A stretch of 60,182 nt of DNA, counting the filler, from Bipalium vagum (taxonomy: Eukaryota), in the NCBI GenBank assembly GCA_037834085.1. It is 3 parts of 3 records of this genome, joined end to end, with 100 filler letters (N's around TTAATTAATTAA, not from the genome) between each part and the next. Parts side by side here need not be neighbours in the genome. Positions count along the whole stretch, not along the records: positions 28,028 to 43,716 come from JBBMKC010151580.1; positions 43,817 to 60,182 come from JBBMKC010114619.1; 1 more part is not named here. One strand, given 5' to 3'. Below the pieces are notes generated by a model, which searched no databases, had not been told where the DNA came from, and saw only the letters and a list, made by a program, of their open reading frames with translations. The translations under genes and the position numbers were made by a program. Of the stretch, positions 38,601-50,500 are shown piece after piece. The number at the start of each line of letters is the position of its first letter. Positions within the stretch are counted from its first letter, which is position 1.

Positions 38601-41004
38601 TGGATCAGTGGTTTCATTGTTTGATTGCTCAACGATTAAGCTTTATATGTACAAAATTATTTATTCATGATTGTTCTTATGTCTTTTGAGACAGTTGAAT
38701 CAAAGAGAGAGAATATAACCAAATGTTTAATATTAGCTCCATATATATAAGAAAAACGTGAAAAAGTAAGACGAAAAGAAGTTTTGAAAGAGAATAAGTT
38801 CTTATCATATTGGGTTGGATTAGACAATTACAGGCATTTTTCTTTCCTGGAATAATAAAGCCATTAAAACAAAAAAAATGATGTGCAAAATAAAATTGAA
38901 ATTTTAATACTTGGAATATTTAGCAAAAAATAATCTAATAGGTCGTCCGAAAACTCCCTGGTCTAAAAAAGAAAAACAATTTTTTAAGACATGATTAAGT
39001 TTTATTATTCAACATAGTCTCCTTTTGGAGGATACATCGCTTCCACCGACCTTCAAGTTTTTGATACCCTCTGAAAAATAAGATTTTTCCAACCGTTAAA
39101 AATATGCTGAAGTTTCAGCTATGCCTTCATCATTTGTGTAAAATCTTTTATCAGAGAACCATCTTTTGAAGTTTGGGAATAAGAAATGTTTCCAGGTGCT
39201 AAGTCCGGAGAATACGATGGAGGTGGAAGCAAATAGTAGCGCAATTTGTGTTGAAATTACACTTCGACGAGGTGATGCATTGTCATGATGAAATTATATT
39301 ATTTTATATATATATATATTTATAATTATATAAGTATAAGTATAATTATATTATTAAAACATAAATAAATTAAATAATATTTTCATTTAAATTTAAAAGT
39401 TTTAAAAAACAAGGTTACTCTGTGACTTAAGTAATATTTTGAATACATTATTTTTATTATATATTTATTTTTACAACTGCTTTTTTTATTTAATCAATTA
39501 TCTCTCCATAGAACACAATGTGTATTTCAATTTTATTGAATTTTAAAATCGATAATATTTTTATTACATATTTATTTTTATATAATTGAATCAATTTTAG
39601 TCCAAGAAAGGTTTCCGACTTTTAAATTAATTAATAAATGGATAAATGAAAATAATAATTAAATCCTATTCGTGGATCATAAAACGGTATCCCTTCGTTA
39701 GGAACGAAATTTATGAACGAGCTTGTTTTCTTTCATCGGATATTAGATGATACAGACACATTTACTTTCCAGAAAAACCAATTATATATTTTAAATATTA
39801 AACCTATTTATTTTTGGGTGACATTATTGATTATGAACTTGGTAGTGTAAACCGGTTGTAATAAACTCGTTTTCCGTCAATTTTGTATGAAGACACATTT
39901 TATTCAAGTTTTTGTATATTTCTAGAAACTACGAAAAAGTATGTTTTGTTTAAATGAATGAATGATGAAAAATATCTTAAATTTAGGTATGAGTGAAGTT
40001 TTGATAAATGATTTCATTCGATGTTATTATGACAATGTAAATTCCCCTAGAGCTGCAGTTAGGGAAAGGAAACACACAATAAATTTAATTAAGGACTCCT
40101 ATAAATGTTCTGCTTTATCCGAACTTATGAAGAAGTTTGAGGAAACTGGAAGTGTTGTCAATATACCTCAGGAGTGGCATTATTTGGCGAGCGAACTTAA
40201 ACACCATTAAGTGTCCAACAATATTAGGGTTATTTTTATCTGATAAAGGAAATCACTTCGAAAACATTGTATAGCGAAACTACTGTATTCCATCTTATTT
40301 GCCTTTAATATTATAATTTTTTACCGTTTTATTTCTCATTTAGTTTTTTCCTCTGTTTTGATAAAATCGGTATATAATATTTTTATTAATTTAAACAACA
40401 TTTGAGCTTTTAAATTATTTTATTTATTAAAATAATATTATATATAATAAATAATAATATTAAGTACAAGAAGCTTTTTAATAGAAAATAATCCAGAACA
40501 ATTAATCAATACCAGTTGACAGTTGTTTTCATCAATCACAAAATGACTTGTATAATTAATAAAATAAAATAGAAAATAAATGAGTTTTGCTATTAACAAA
40601 TCATTCTGTTGCGTAGTTGAACAAATCTAAAGTTTTTACTGCTAAAGAAAATCTGATAAATACCTCTTTCAAACTTGAAGATAATGATTTTTTGTTTGAA
40701 ACAACGGAAATCTTTATTACGGTTGAAGCCATTAATATTCCGTAATTAATTAATATAATAACTTTTCACAACATTTTTAAAAAATAGTTGCAAATGAAAG
40801 GGTCATATTTTATTCCAGATTAATTTAAAAGTCGCAATATTTTAGAAAATATAAATCATTGTTTTAATCGTTAAAAATAACATGAATGGATTTTAATACT
40901 TTGTTTCATTTTAGTTGAAAATTCATATGAGAATCCAACTGAACTATTTAATTCCCGTCGTTCCATTCTTTGGGGCCATCAGTTTTACTTTGTTGCACAA
41001 TCCG
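29641..41004 (+). CDS. ESYT: Extended synaptotagmin (ER-plasma membrane tether), N-terminal six exons (hairpin plus most of the SMP domain), 3'-partial
   Basis: Exons 29641-29925, 30000-30041, 30085-30210, 30255-30334, 31474-31540, 40915-41004 (230 codons, phase-consistent). Hydrophobic hairpin, then LPSWVSFPDVERVEWINKIIIRLWP, PKIGGIKIY, EVIMDLDI and LIPVVPFFGAISFTLLHNP. No C2 exons were found before the spacer at 43717. Confidence 0.9.
32200..32450 (+). mobile_element. Possible non-LTR retrotransposon AP-endonuclease remnant
   Basis: IIIVDIY and ISIVVDFHAHN resemble the xxGDFNAH motif. Heavily decayed. Confidence 0.35.
32785..32856 (+). pseudogene. tRNA-like element (tRNA pseudogene or tRNA-derived SINE head), Ala-like scaffold
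   Basis: Acceptor GCAGATG/TATCTCC (one C-C mismatch), A box TAGCTTAGCGG, D stem GCTT/GAGC and perfect T arm CCGGG-TTCGAAT-CCCGG. The anticodon arm cannot form a 5-bp stem with a 7-nt loop. Confidence 0.75.
34121..35581. repeat. 80-bp inverted repeat pair (34121-34200 and 35502-35581)
   Basis: Direct comparison gives 76/80 identity between copy 1 and the reverse complement of copy 2. Confidence 0.92.
34270..34610 (-). mobile_element. Internally deleted mariner remnant (Mos1-like N-terminus)
   Basis: SFISRKAHSREMLFF...ECYGNYAMS, and LILVHYN...TITDILKDL. Confidence 0.5.
37300..37630 (-). mobile_element. Tc1-like (DUF4817-type HTH) fragment
   Basis: IDLIRFCYGNETSSEAAI...NLIKD...VKRFEGNGNVDNIP, the same family as the fragment at 39962. 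Confidence 0.5.
38937..39290 (-). mobile_element. Mariner 3' remnant with TIR
   Basis: LLPPPSYSPDLAP, LFPNFKRWFSDKRF and EGIKKLEGRWKRCI on the reverse strand. Confidence 0.8.
39962..40275 (+). mobile_element. Tc1-like (DUF4817-type) internally deleted remnant
   Basis: FIRCYYDN...LMKKFEETGSVVNIP, followed by a GNHFENIV* C-terminus. Confidence 0.6.
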
Positions 41005-42040
41005 GTAAAGTATTAGAAATATATGAAAATTTTTATTGATTTTTCAATTTTTATTATTTAATATTATTTATGAAATTTTTTAACCAATTCATTTGTTTAT
41101 ATTATGAAAACTTTATTCTTATTTTATCTTTAAATTTGATATTCGGTAAAATTAAGACCCGCTTATAATTTTCGTTGCAAAATTTCTAAATCGATATTTT
41201 AAAATTGTTTTAAATTTTTTATTTATTTTGCAATTTTTTTTATTGAATTTTTATATTATTATTAATATTAATAATAGTATTATTATTTATATTTTTTATT
41301 ATAATTTTTAATTGGTAAAATCATATTAAAATAAAATCATAATTATATTATTTACCAATTTTTATTATTATTGTTTTTTTTTTAATAAAATAATGTTCTT
41401 TCTTTGCACTTAAAAATCTTAATTAAAGGAGGATGTTCAATGTTTAATCGGACTGTTTTCAACAAGTAATTGATGAAAATTTAAAATATTTTACTATTTT
41501 TTAGTATTTCTTATTGATTATGAATTAATAAACTTATTTAGAATATTTTGAGAATATGAAGGTGAAGAAGTACGAAGAAAATCCGTAACGTATAATTAAA
41601 TTTTTCAGTAATCAAATACTATTCGTCAATCGACTGAGTCATTTCATAGAAGGAATAAGTAAATGAGAGATAAGCAGTGTTATCAAACGTTACATAAACG
41701 CTGGTAAAGTTGAATACTCAAAGAATTCTGGTCCTAAGCCAATATTATTAAAGAAATCAAAGTTGAACAATATAAAGGCAATATGAAAAGTATCCAAACA
41801 GAAGGTATATTGTTCATGTATCAAAGGGAATTCAATACAAAGCGCAGAAGAAATTGATTATTACAACTATGAAAAAATAAAATTAATCAAAATTTGTTAA
41901 AGATTAAAAAGAGGGGCTTGTACAAATAAAACATTGTACAAAGGTGGTGGTTAAAACTTCTTCATAATTGATGATGAAATATTTGTCACATTGATTCAAC
42001 CTAAGTGAACCTAAAAGTAATATTCGTCTCTTTTATAATA

Positions 42041-42500
42041 TTAGGTTTTCCGAAAAGTTATGTCGTTTTTAGTAGAAGTTTGAAAAGCCAAATTTTGACA
42101 CCAAAAAGTTATATTTAGCCAATAACATACCATAATTTTCAACAACGGTCCCATCTTAAAACAAGGTTTTCTATGCCATCATTGTAAAACCTTTCTGACT
42201 TCAAAGCGAAATAACCCTTTAATACCGTTTTGACATTATCAAAGGAAAAATTTTGGAGTGAACGAAATAAGTGGTAATCAGATGGTTCGCAATCATAGGA
42301 GTAAGGAGAATGCGGTAGAATCTCCCCATGGATTTCCCTGATTTTTTCCTGGGTCTGTTTTGCCTCATGAGGTTTAGCGTTATCTTGTTGAAGGATAACA
42401 CCTCTTCTATTAAATGGATGATTTTTACCAATTGTTTCACTTAAACGCACCAATTGATCACAGCAAATATCTGCAGCATTCATCTCTTCAGGTTTGAGAA
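42041..42500 (-). mobile_element. Mariner 3' half with TIR
   Basis: TTAGGTTTTCCGAAAAGTTATGTC end. GVILQQDNAKPH and ILPHSPYSYDCEPSDYHLFRSLQN. Confidence 0.88.
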
Positions 42501-43646
42501 ATTCGTTACCACTTGTTCCGTTCGATATCGCATAGTCTGACTGACCAGCATTTTCTTTCGTACGAGTTCACCAGAAACTGTCTGGATTCTTGGATCTTCT
42601 TAAATTAACAAGGATTTCTTTCAAACAGGAATATGTAGCTTGTCGGAAAGATTAAAGTAGGCTGTGGAATCCTTTGAAACAATCCTTTCAATAATAAATA
42701 TATGATTTTTTTGTAATAAATATTATTTATTTTAGTTATTTCTGAAAAAAGAATTTCCGGATATTAATTCCCCCACCTCATTATATATTTAAAATATATC
42801 AAAAGTTTTATCAAATATGTTTATTTGCCATATTATTACATGGAATACTATCCTCAAAGCACTTGATGATCCAATAGATCTTTGCATGTGGGACATTTTC
42901 CAGTTGAGAATGTTTTATCAATTCGGTTTTCTTCATTTTTCCAATCAAATCATAGATACCTCTGCGAAGATCGACTATTTTCGTTATCTATCAAATGATA
43001 ATCTAAAATATTTTCTGATCCATAAAAAATGGATTTTCGAATCAATAGAAAAATATAAAATAAATTATTTTTAGCATGTTCAGATATCTTTATTTAGCTA
43101 AGCCTTTTGTCTCAATACTCTCGACCAACCCGTTACTTATGTATTAATAATAACATTTACATTTTTCATTAAAAATTTTTATTAATATTCGTTCAGCCTT
43201 TTCCATTTAAAGTCTCATTGACTTGTGTGAATAGGTTTTATTTGGAGCGATTCTAGGGGAATTGATTTCACAGGGAATTTTATTTTAGAACCTGATTTTG
43301 TCGACCTTAATTAAATAATTTTAAGTGACCCTTAAACGTCTTAGTCCTAATTGAATTACTTTTCATTTTAAAAATAATCGCTAGTCCAAAGCTTTAAATT
43401 TGTGGTAAAATATTTGAGAAAAAAATACTTTAAAAATCTTTGTTTCAATCAATATTTATTGGTCATGCTTGAACAGTTTCCAATATTTGTACGCTTTATG
43501 GAAACAACAGTTTTTAATGCTTATCATTTATGATCAAATTAGTAAAACTTTTTATTCATATTTTATTTTATTGATCTTGTCATTGTAGCAACAGTGTTAA
43601 TCACAATACATACACTAAGTATAAAAGTATATATAAAAAAGTATAA

Positions 43647-43716
<70 letters not shown>
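43647..43716. repeat. (ATT)n microsatellite at contig end
   Basis: About 23 perfect units running into the spacer. Confidence 0.95.
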
Positions 43717-43816
43717 NNNNNNNNNNNNNNNNNNNNNNNNNNNNNNNNNNNNNNNNNNNNTTAATTAATTAANNNNNNNNNNNNNNNNNNNNNNNNNNNN
43801 NNNNNNNNNNNNNNNN
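43717..43816. other. Artificial contig-joining spacer
   Basis: 44 N + TTAATTAATTAA + 44 N. Confidence 0.95.
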
Positions 43817-44299
43817 AAATAAAAGATATTTTATTGACGTTTTAGTCTTGTATTCAAAATGACTTAAAAATTGATGTTTCTGAAAAAATCGGTATTTCTA
43901 CATTTACAAAAATTTTACTTTGAGAATTTTCGATGGAAACATGTACTTCAACATATTCTATCATATATTTAAATATAGACAGGATTAAAATACTCATAAT
44001 TATATATTTTCATCATTTTATCGAAATTTTAGAGGTGGTCCAAAACATATGGACGTCATTGTATATATATATATATACAATAATAAAATTAAACAAAACC
44101 TTCAAGCATATGATCTGGAGCGTGGGAGACATCAATAGTTGGAAACCTAAATTAAAATTAATATAACAAATCACCTAAGTGTGTTTAGAATTGCTTGACA
44201 AATAGCGAAAAATTGAAGGATTAAAAAACATATGGCATATAGTGAAAAAATAAAGTGGAATTTATATTAAAAAAATATACATAATAATAATAATAACAA

Positions 44300-47200
44300 T
44301 TAATAGTATTATATGATTATTGCCACAACATAACAAGAGGCGACTAAACATGACGATATGTGTAAAAATTCTGATCCGTCTGATGCTTGTTCGTATATGA
44401 TGATCTTCAACAATTTACCTTTAAATCTTTCTACTAAATCATCCCTAAATGATGATGTGTTGAGTTTCAGAATTGCAAACAATTTGCATATTTCCGTAAT
44501 TAATTCACTCATAACATCCGCCCCCTATCTGTCAAACGCTTTCGCAGAGCTCGTATCTGACAACAACTTCTATAAAAATCTTTGCTATAGTTGCTGCTTT
44601 CTGATTCTTCATTGCGCACGCTTCTGGTTACTTTGTAAAATAGTTTCATATCACGATGATAAAACGATTTCCTAATATCGCCTCTAGAAATGGCTCCACG
44701 ATGTCCACTCCTATCATTTTTATCGTTGATAGTGATGCTCTAGTCGATTTCAGAGACACGTTTGTTCAAGCTCTCGTATCTCTTGTTGTTTGACAGATTT
44801 AAGATATATGAAAGAAATTATCAAAACAGAACAAAATTAAAATTATCCTTCCCAGGTCGTCCTCTAGGTCCTTTTCAGATCACCTGGGGATTCCCAAATT
44901 TGCTGGATCCGTTTAGAAAAATCCTTAGATCCTTTGCGTTGTCTGTAGCATGAACAAGAAAAAATCTCACTGAAATATCCTGGTATTAATGGGTTCTGCA
45001 AATTTAAATCCTCTCCGTTAGCCACAAATTTTTGGAACAAAATAGATCTTCTTTAGAATCACCAATTTCTTTGAAAAAATCTTCTTTTCTGGAACAAATC
45101 TTCCTTTAAAAGCAAATATTATTTGGGACAATAACTCTGTATTCAATCACAAATATCTTTGAAAACCAGTCCTCCTTGTTTATTTGCCTAGGCGTATTAT
45201 GGGAATAATAGTTTCTTTATAAAGTCGTAGAGATTAGTCTACGATCACCAATCTCACTCTTCAACCGGTTATTTCCATCTACCCCGAAATAAAGTTTGGC
45301 TAAAGAATAATTAATTATCCAGTCACAGTATTTTGATATATTACTTCTAGTAATTATAAAAGTTTAATTAATTTTATAAAACGCTTAATTAATATTATAA
45401 AAATTAAATTAATGATATTATTATTATTATTATTAAAATCGTTACTATCTGGTTTTTTGCCTTTGGCAAACCAAAAAATAGCCATTGTAATGGACTGTAG
45501 TTTGTAAAAAGATTTGTCTTACTTTCCAATAGGTAATATCTGAATTTTATACTGCGAACACTGTTGCTAATGCTTTTTTTCAATCGCTTGCTGTGGTAAT
45601 ATTTCTCCAACTGCATATCCGTTTGCGTCCGTCATCAATAAGAATAGCTTACTCATATCTGTGTATCATAATACCGGTTCACTAATTAACTGTCCTATTA
45701 ACTGTTCTTATGTTTTCTGGTGTTCTTCTCTCCAAACAAATTTATCTTGTTTAACTATCACACTCACTGATTTTACTCTTTTTATTTGTGTCTTTATTGA
45801 TTTACTCATTCCTTTCGAAAGATCTTTTAATGGTGCTGCTATCTTGGCATAATTTGTGATAAATCGTTATTAAAAGCCTGCTAATCCCAGAAACTCTTAC
45901 ACGCCTCTTGTATTCTTGGGGATCACCAAATTTCCTATCTTCTGCACATTTTCTGGACCTTGTCGAATTCCTGATCCTGAGAATGCAAGGCCTTCATATT
46001 AAACTTAATTTTTTGGCCCTTTCACGTTTTGTTGGTTTGGCTTTTAGCCTTGCTACTTTTAGCCTCTGTAATACTGCAGCTATATATTTTTTAAGTTCGT
46101 CACCATTAATAGAGAATATTATAATAACTTCTAAATAAATCATCGCATTTTCAATGCCCATCAGTATCAGATTCATTAATCTTTGGACTGTTGTTAGTTC
46201 TCCCGTTAGTCTAAAGGGTATCTTATGATACTTATAAAATCCCCTACCAGTCACAAATAATGTGATTTCTTTATTGTCTTCGTCCATAGCTATCTTTCGG
46301 CAGATAACTCATATTATATCTACCACGAAATTTCCAAAATCTGTAAATATTTCTCATGTCTTTTCTAGCAGTTCTATCACTGGTCTTTATAATGGCCTGG
46401 GCTCCGTGAAATTTCGTAATTCTCTTGTCTGTTAAACCATCATTTTCCTGCATTTACAAAATGAGTCAATAAAATTTCTCTTCTTTCTGGAAACATCATA
46501 TTCCTATGAGCTTTTTCAATTTTTGAGTTGTTTATATTTATTTTGATGCCAGCTGATCGGAATCCTTGTACTTCAATCTGATTTCGATTTTGAGTAACTC
46601 AATATTTTCCAATTACTTGTTTCCTTCCTAGCCGGTAATGTGATTTGCTAGAATGGATGCTACCAAATCTGGATTGCTAACCTCGTTTTTAAAAACTCTT
46701 GATGTAGCATTTAATCATTACGACTTTATGGTACATTTCTCTTATTGATTGTTGCAAAAATGTGGTATACGAAATCCAATTTAGTATTTATGTAATCCAC
46801 CAATTTCACATATGTTTTGCTTAATTGCTTAGGTTCAACCATAATATGGTAACCGACAAATGCTCCCTTGTGACTTGTGGTATAAACTGCTGTATTGAAT
46901 TTCAAAACTCGCTCTTCCCACATAAATCGGATTCCTCATTTTTGTCTTTACTTACCAACACTATAGGCGTTTTCTCATTTTCTACGCTTTCTGTGACTGT
47001 CGATAATTTTCCCACTCATCTAGAGCGACTTATGCATTTTTTTTCTTTTCAATCTCAAGTTACTCAACGTTACTTTCTTCAAAAATACAATATCACAATC
47101 CGTAGATGGTACTTGATATACCAACGACTCTCCGGTATTGAACGTTATGTGTTTAAGTTTCCAGAATGAATATGATAGCATTTTCTAAGCGATTCCTTCG
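44300..47200 (-). mobile_element. Decayed Ty3/gypsy LTR retrotransposon internal region (RT-RNaseH-integrase order)
   Basis: RT: ITLFVTGRGFYKYHKIPFRL...VQRLMNLIL...MIYLEVIIIFS (degenerate YLDD). RNaseH: IKFRYYLLE...FTNYSPLQWL. Integrase: SELITEICKLFAILKLNTS...LVERF. Confidence 0.85.
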
Positions 47201-47528
47201 AACTCACGTAACTGGACCATATAATCTGAATATGTAACCACCCAAGCTACTTGAATCGATTTGCTCTTAAATTATCTGGTTAATTGCTAACTCAATGAAT
47301 GTTAATATTTATACTAATTGATATTATTAATTAATAATTATTTAATGTTATTAATTTTCAAAAATTTACTAAACATCAATGTAAGTAAAAAGTTTTATAA
47401 ATATTTAAAATAATTTTTAAAATAATGTTATCATTTATAAACTAACAAAATCAATTTAATTTATTTGTTTAACATAATCAATATTTTTTGTATCTAGAAA
47501 CAAGGTTTTATATTGTACTTTTTAAATC

Positions 47529-50500
47529 ATGGTTAAAAGTAAATATTTTTGAATAGTATTATATAAAATTTTTTAAAAGTTACTGAATTACTTGTAAGAA
47601 AAAGGGCTGAGCATAATGAAGGAGAGATCTACACTTTAGAAGAATTATCTTTACATCAACAGGACATTGAAAAGTTAATTATCAAATATTTTTATTTAAT
47701 TTCAAAAATAGTTATTTCTACGATTTTTCTCAGAATTGAACATTTAGACAAATGGTGCAGGGATTTGAAAATTTTATATTTGCAAAGCAATTTGATTGGC
47801 AAAATAGGTTAGATGTAGCAACATTTAAATAATGATACTTTTTATTAATTTAGAAAATGTTGGAAAATTAAAGAAATTAGAATATTTAAATCTAGCTCTT
47901 AATAATATTGAAGTTATTGAAAATTTAGAAAGTTTAATTTGATTTTGTTAAAAACACATGACATTAAGTTTTAGATTGTGAATCTCTAAGAAAACTTGAT
48001 CTAACCATCAATTTTGTAGGAATTCTTACATCTTTGGACAATCTCAAGGATTTGTATAATTTTGAAGAACTGTTAAAATAAATCTTCTTATTTTCATTAA
48101 TAATGTATTTTACAGATACTTAACTGGTAACCCTTGCCAATCATACGACGGATACAGGGATTTTGTTATTGCCACCCTTCCCCAGCTCAAGGTTAAAATT
48201 TTTGAAATAAAATGTTTATTCGTCTTAATTGAAATCTCAGTCTCTTGACGGAATTGAAATCCTAAAATCAGAGCGAATTGCCGCTCTTCAAGCATATCCT
48301 ACAATACTTAGTAACATTCACGATCAGCAGCGCAAATGGTTACAAAAAAGAGTATATAATAATGATGATTTTTCTTTAATTTTTTTTCAATCAGGCTGAA
48401 GAGAAAAAAATAGCCAATGAAAGAAAACAGCGACGTAAAGAAGCTCAAGAGTAATTTATTTAATCTTTGCCTACTGTTTATTCTAATTTTTCCACCCACA
48501 GTGACAAAATTGATGGTCCCAAAGCTACGGAAGATGATTCATTTTGGCAAGAAGAAACACCATTTACGCCCGAATCGAGATGGGAGACTCACGAATATCT
48601 GGAAGAAAAGAGGAAAAGAGAAAATGGAGAGTAATGATAATATTTTCAGTTTCAAAAACATTAATCAATATCAATTTGAATTAATTAATTGATTAAAAAA
48701 AATTTTATTTCAACATATTATTAAAAAATTATAAAGTAAAATGTCAGACCTGAAATATTTCTAATTAGTGAAAAAGATTTCGCCAAAATTTGATTTTTGA
48801 ATAAGACCTGAAATTACAAAACCCGACCTTCTAATTAGAAAAATATATTTATTTCGAAGATATGGTAAAAATATTTTATTTATTTAATACCCTTTCATCT
48901 CACTACCATCAGTTATATATTTTCCAGATTTTTTGATTATTTATCATGTTCGCTGAAAATAGAGTTCCTCTTTTGGCGAAACCAGCTCTAAAATCTCATA
49001 ATTCTTGACGAGTTGTACAGACCGCCCATTTTCATTGATTTGAACAAGTACTAATCCGATTGACTTAAGTTGTGTAATACTTCAAATCTGAGTTTCCAAT
49101 TTATTCTTGAACTTTTCAACATCTGCTGATCGATTTTAATCGTCTTATTCGTGACAACTTTGATATCATTTTCTGTCAACGGACTCTCATAACAGATCTT
49201 TCGTTTCATGAACCTGAATGCATTGAATAATTTACGGTTATGCTTTGAAGATTATCGAAATAAATTATTATTAAATATATTATTATCGTTGGCAGTGACA
49301 GTCCGATGGACAAATCACATTTTACTCATTTAAATTTTACAGGTTGTTTTTTGCTTTCTCATTCCTCTTTCATTGAATTAAAATTGCATTGATTTAGTTC
49401 GATTTGTGGTTTTCCAATGACATGTGAACAATCACAAATAGTTTTTGCTAGTGATTGGTGTTTTTGTGATAATGTCTTCCAAGTTGCATTATCATTTCTT
49501 CTGTTGTGGTTACTCCTTATCTTAACATATGGTGTAAATTATTGCTAATTCTGAATAATTTTAACCTCGTTTTTCCAACTTCTCGAGATAGGCTATCATG
49601 AACCTTTGATTCCAAAGATCACGATTGGTTTCCATGTCAATTTTCTTTAATTTTAGAAATAACACCCATAGATTGAATAAATAGAAGTTGTCTCAAAAAT
49701 GTATACACACTTTAAATATAAACCGTTAAGTAATTAAAAGTCTTTATTACTTGTTTTATAGTTTTTTTTTAATACTCCAATAACTGGTAAGAAATTACCG
49801 CTATTTTAAACATATAAATTTATTCTTAAAGGTTGAATCATGAAAGGTAGATTGAGCTTTGAGCAACGAAAATTTATTATCAAAAATTACTTTAAGTTTG
49901 AAACCATAAAAGAGGCGCAGACCCTGTTCAAGAAAGAATTTCAGATAGATCCTCCAGCAAGACTGACAACAATCAGTCGAATAAAGGATAAATTATAAAA
50001 AGATGGAACTATTAATAAAGTCAACAAGAACCATTCTAGAAGACAGAGAATATCGACAATTATCACAAAGGAAGGAATACTGGAATTATTTAATAGAAGC
50101 CCACAAACATCTGTGGGACAATCAAGTCTTGAGGTAGGAATCTCAAAAGATCTCAAAAAGAACTTTGAAACTCTGCCATATGAAATGCTACATACCGAGT
50201 TTAGTTCAGACTACCAATGATCTGTGTATACATTTTTTGAGATACCTTGTATGTATAAATATAATAAATATATATTTCTATATTTTTATAGAAATAAGTG
50301 AAATAATGTATTGACAATAAAATATGAGAAAAATATAATTTTGAGAAGATTAATTATAACAGTTCAAGAATTAATGAATAAATCAATATACAAAAAGAAA
50401 ATCAAAAAATATTTTATACCTTGAAATATTGAAACCGATTTTTTGCCTTTTTAAAGCATTTATAAAAAATTATCGATTTATTAAATATTTTTTTAATATA

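Noticed and set aside
42817-43310. Possible next ESYT exons or the 85-aa ORF
   Set aside because: No frame matches the expected continuation of the SMP domain. The reverse strand of 42830-42950 reads as a transposase HTH remnant.
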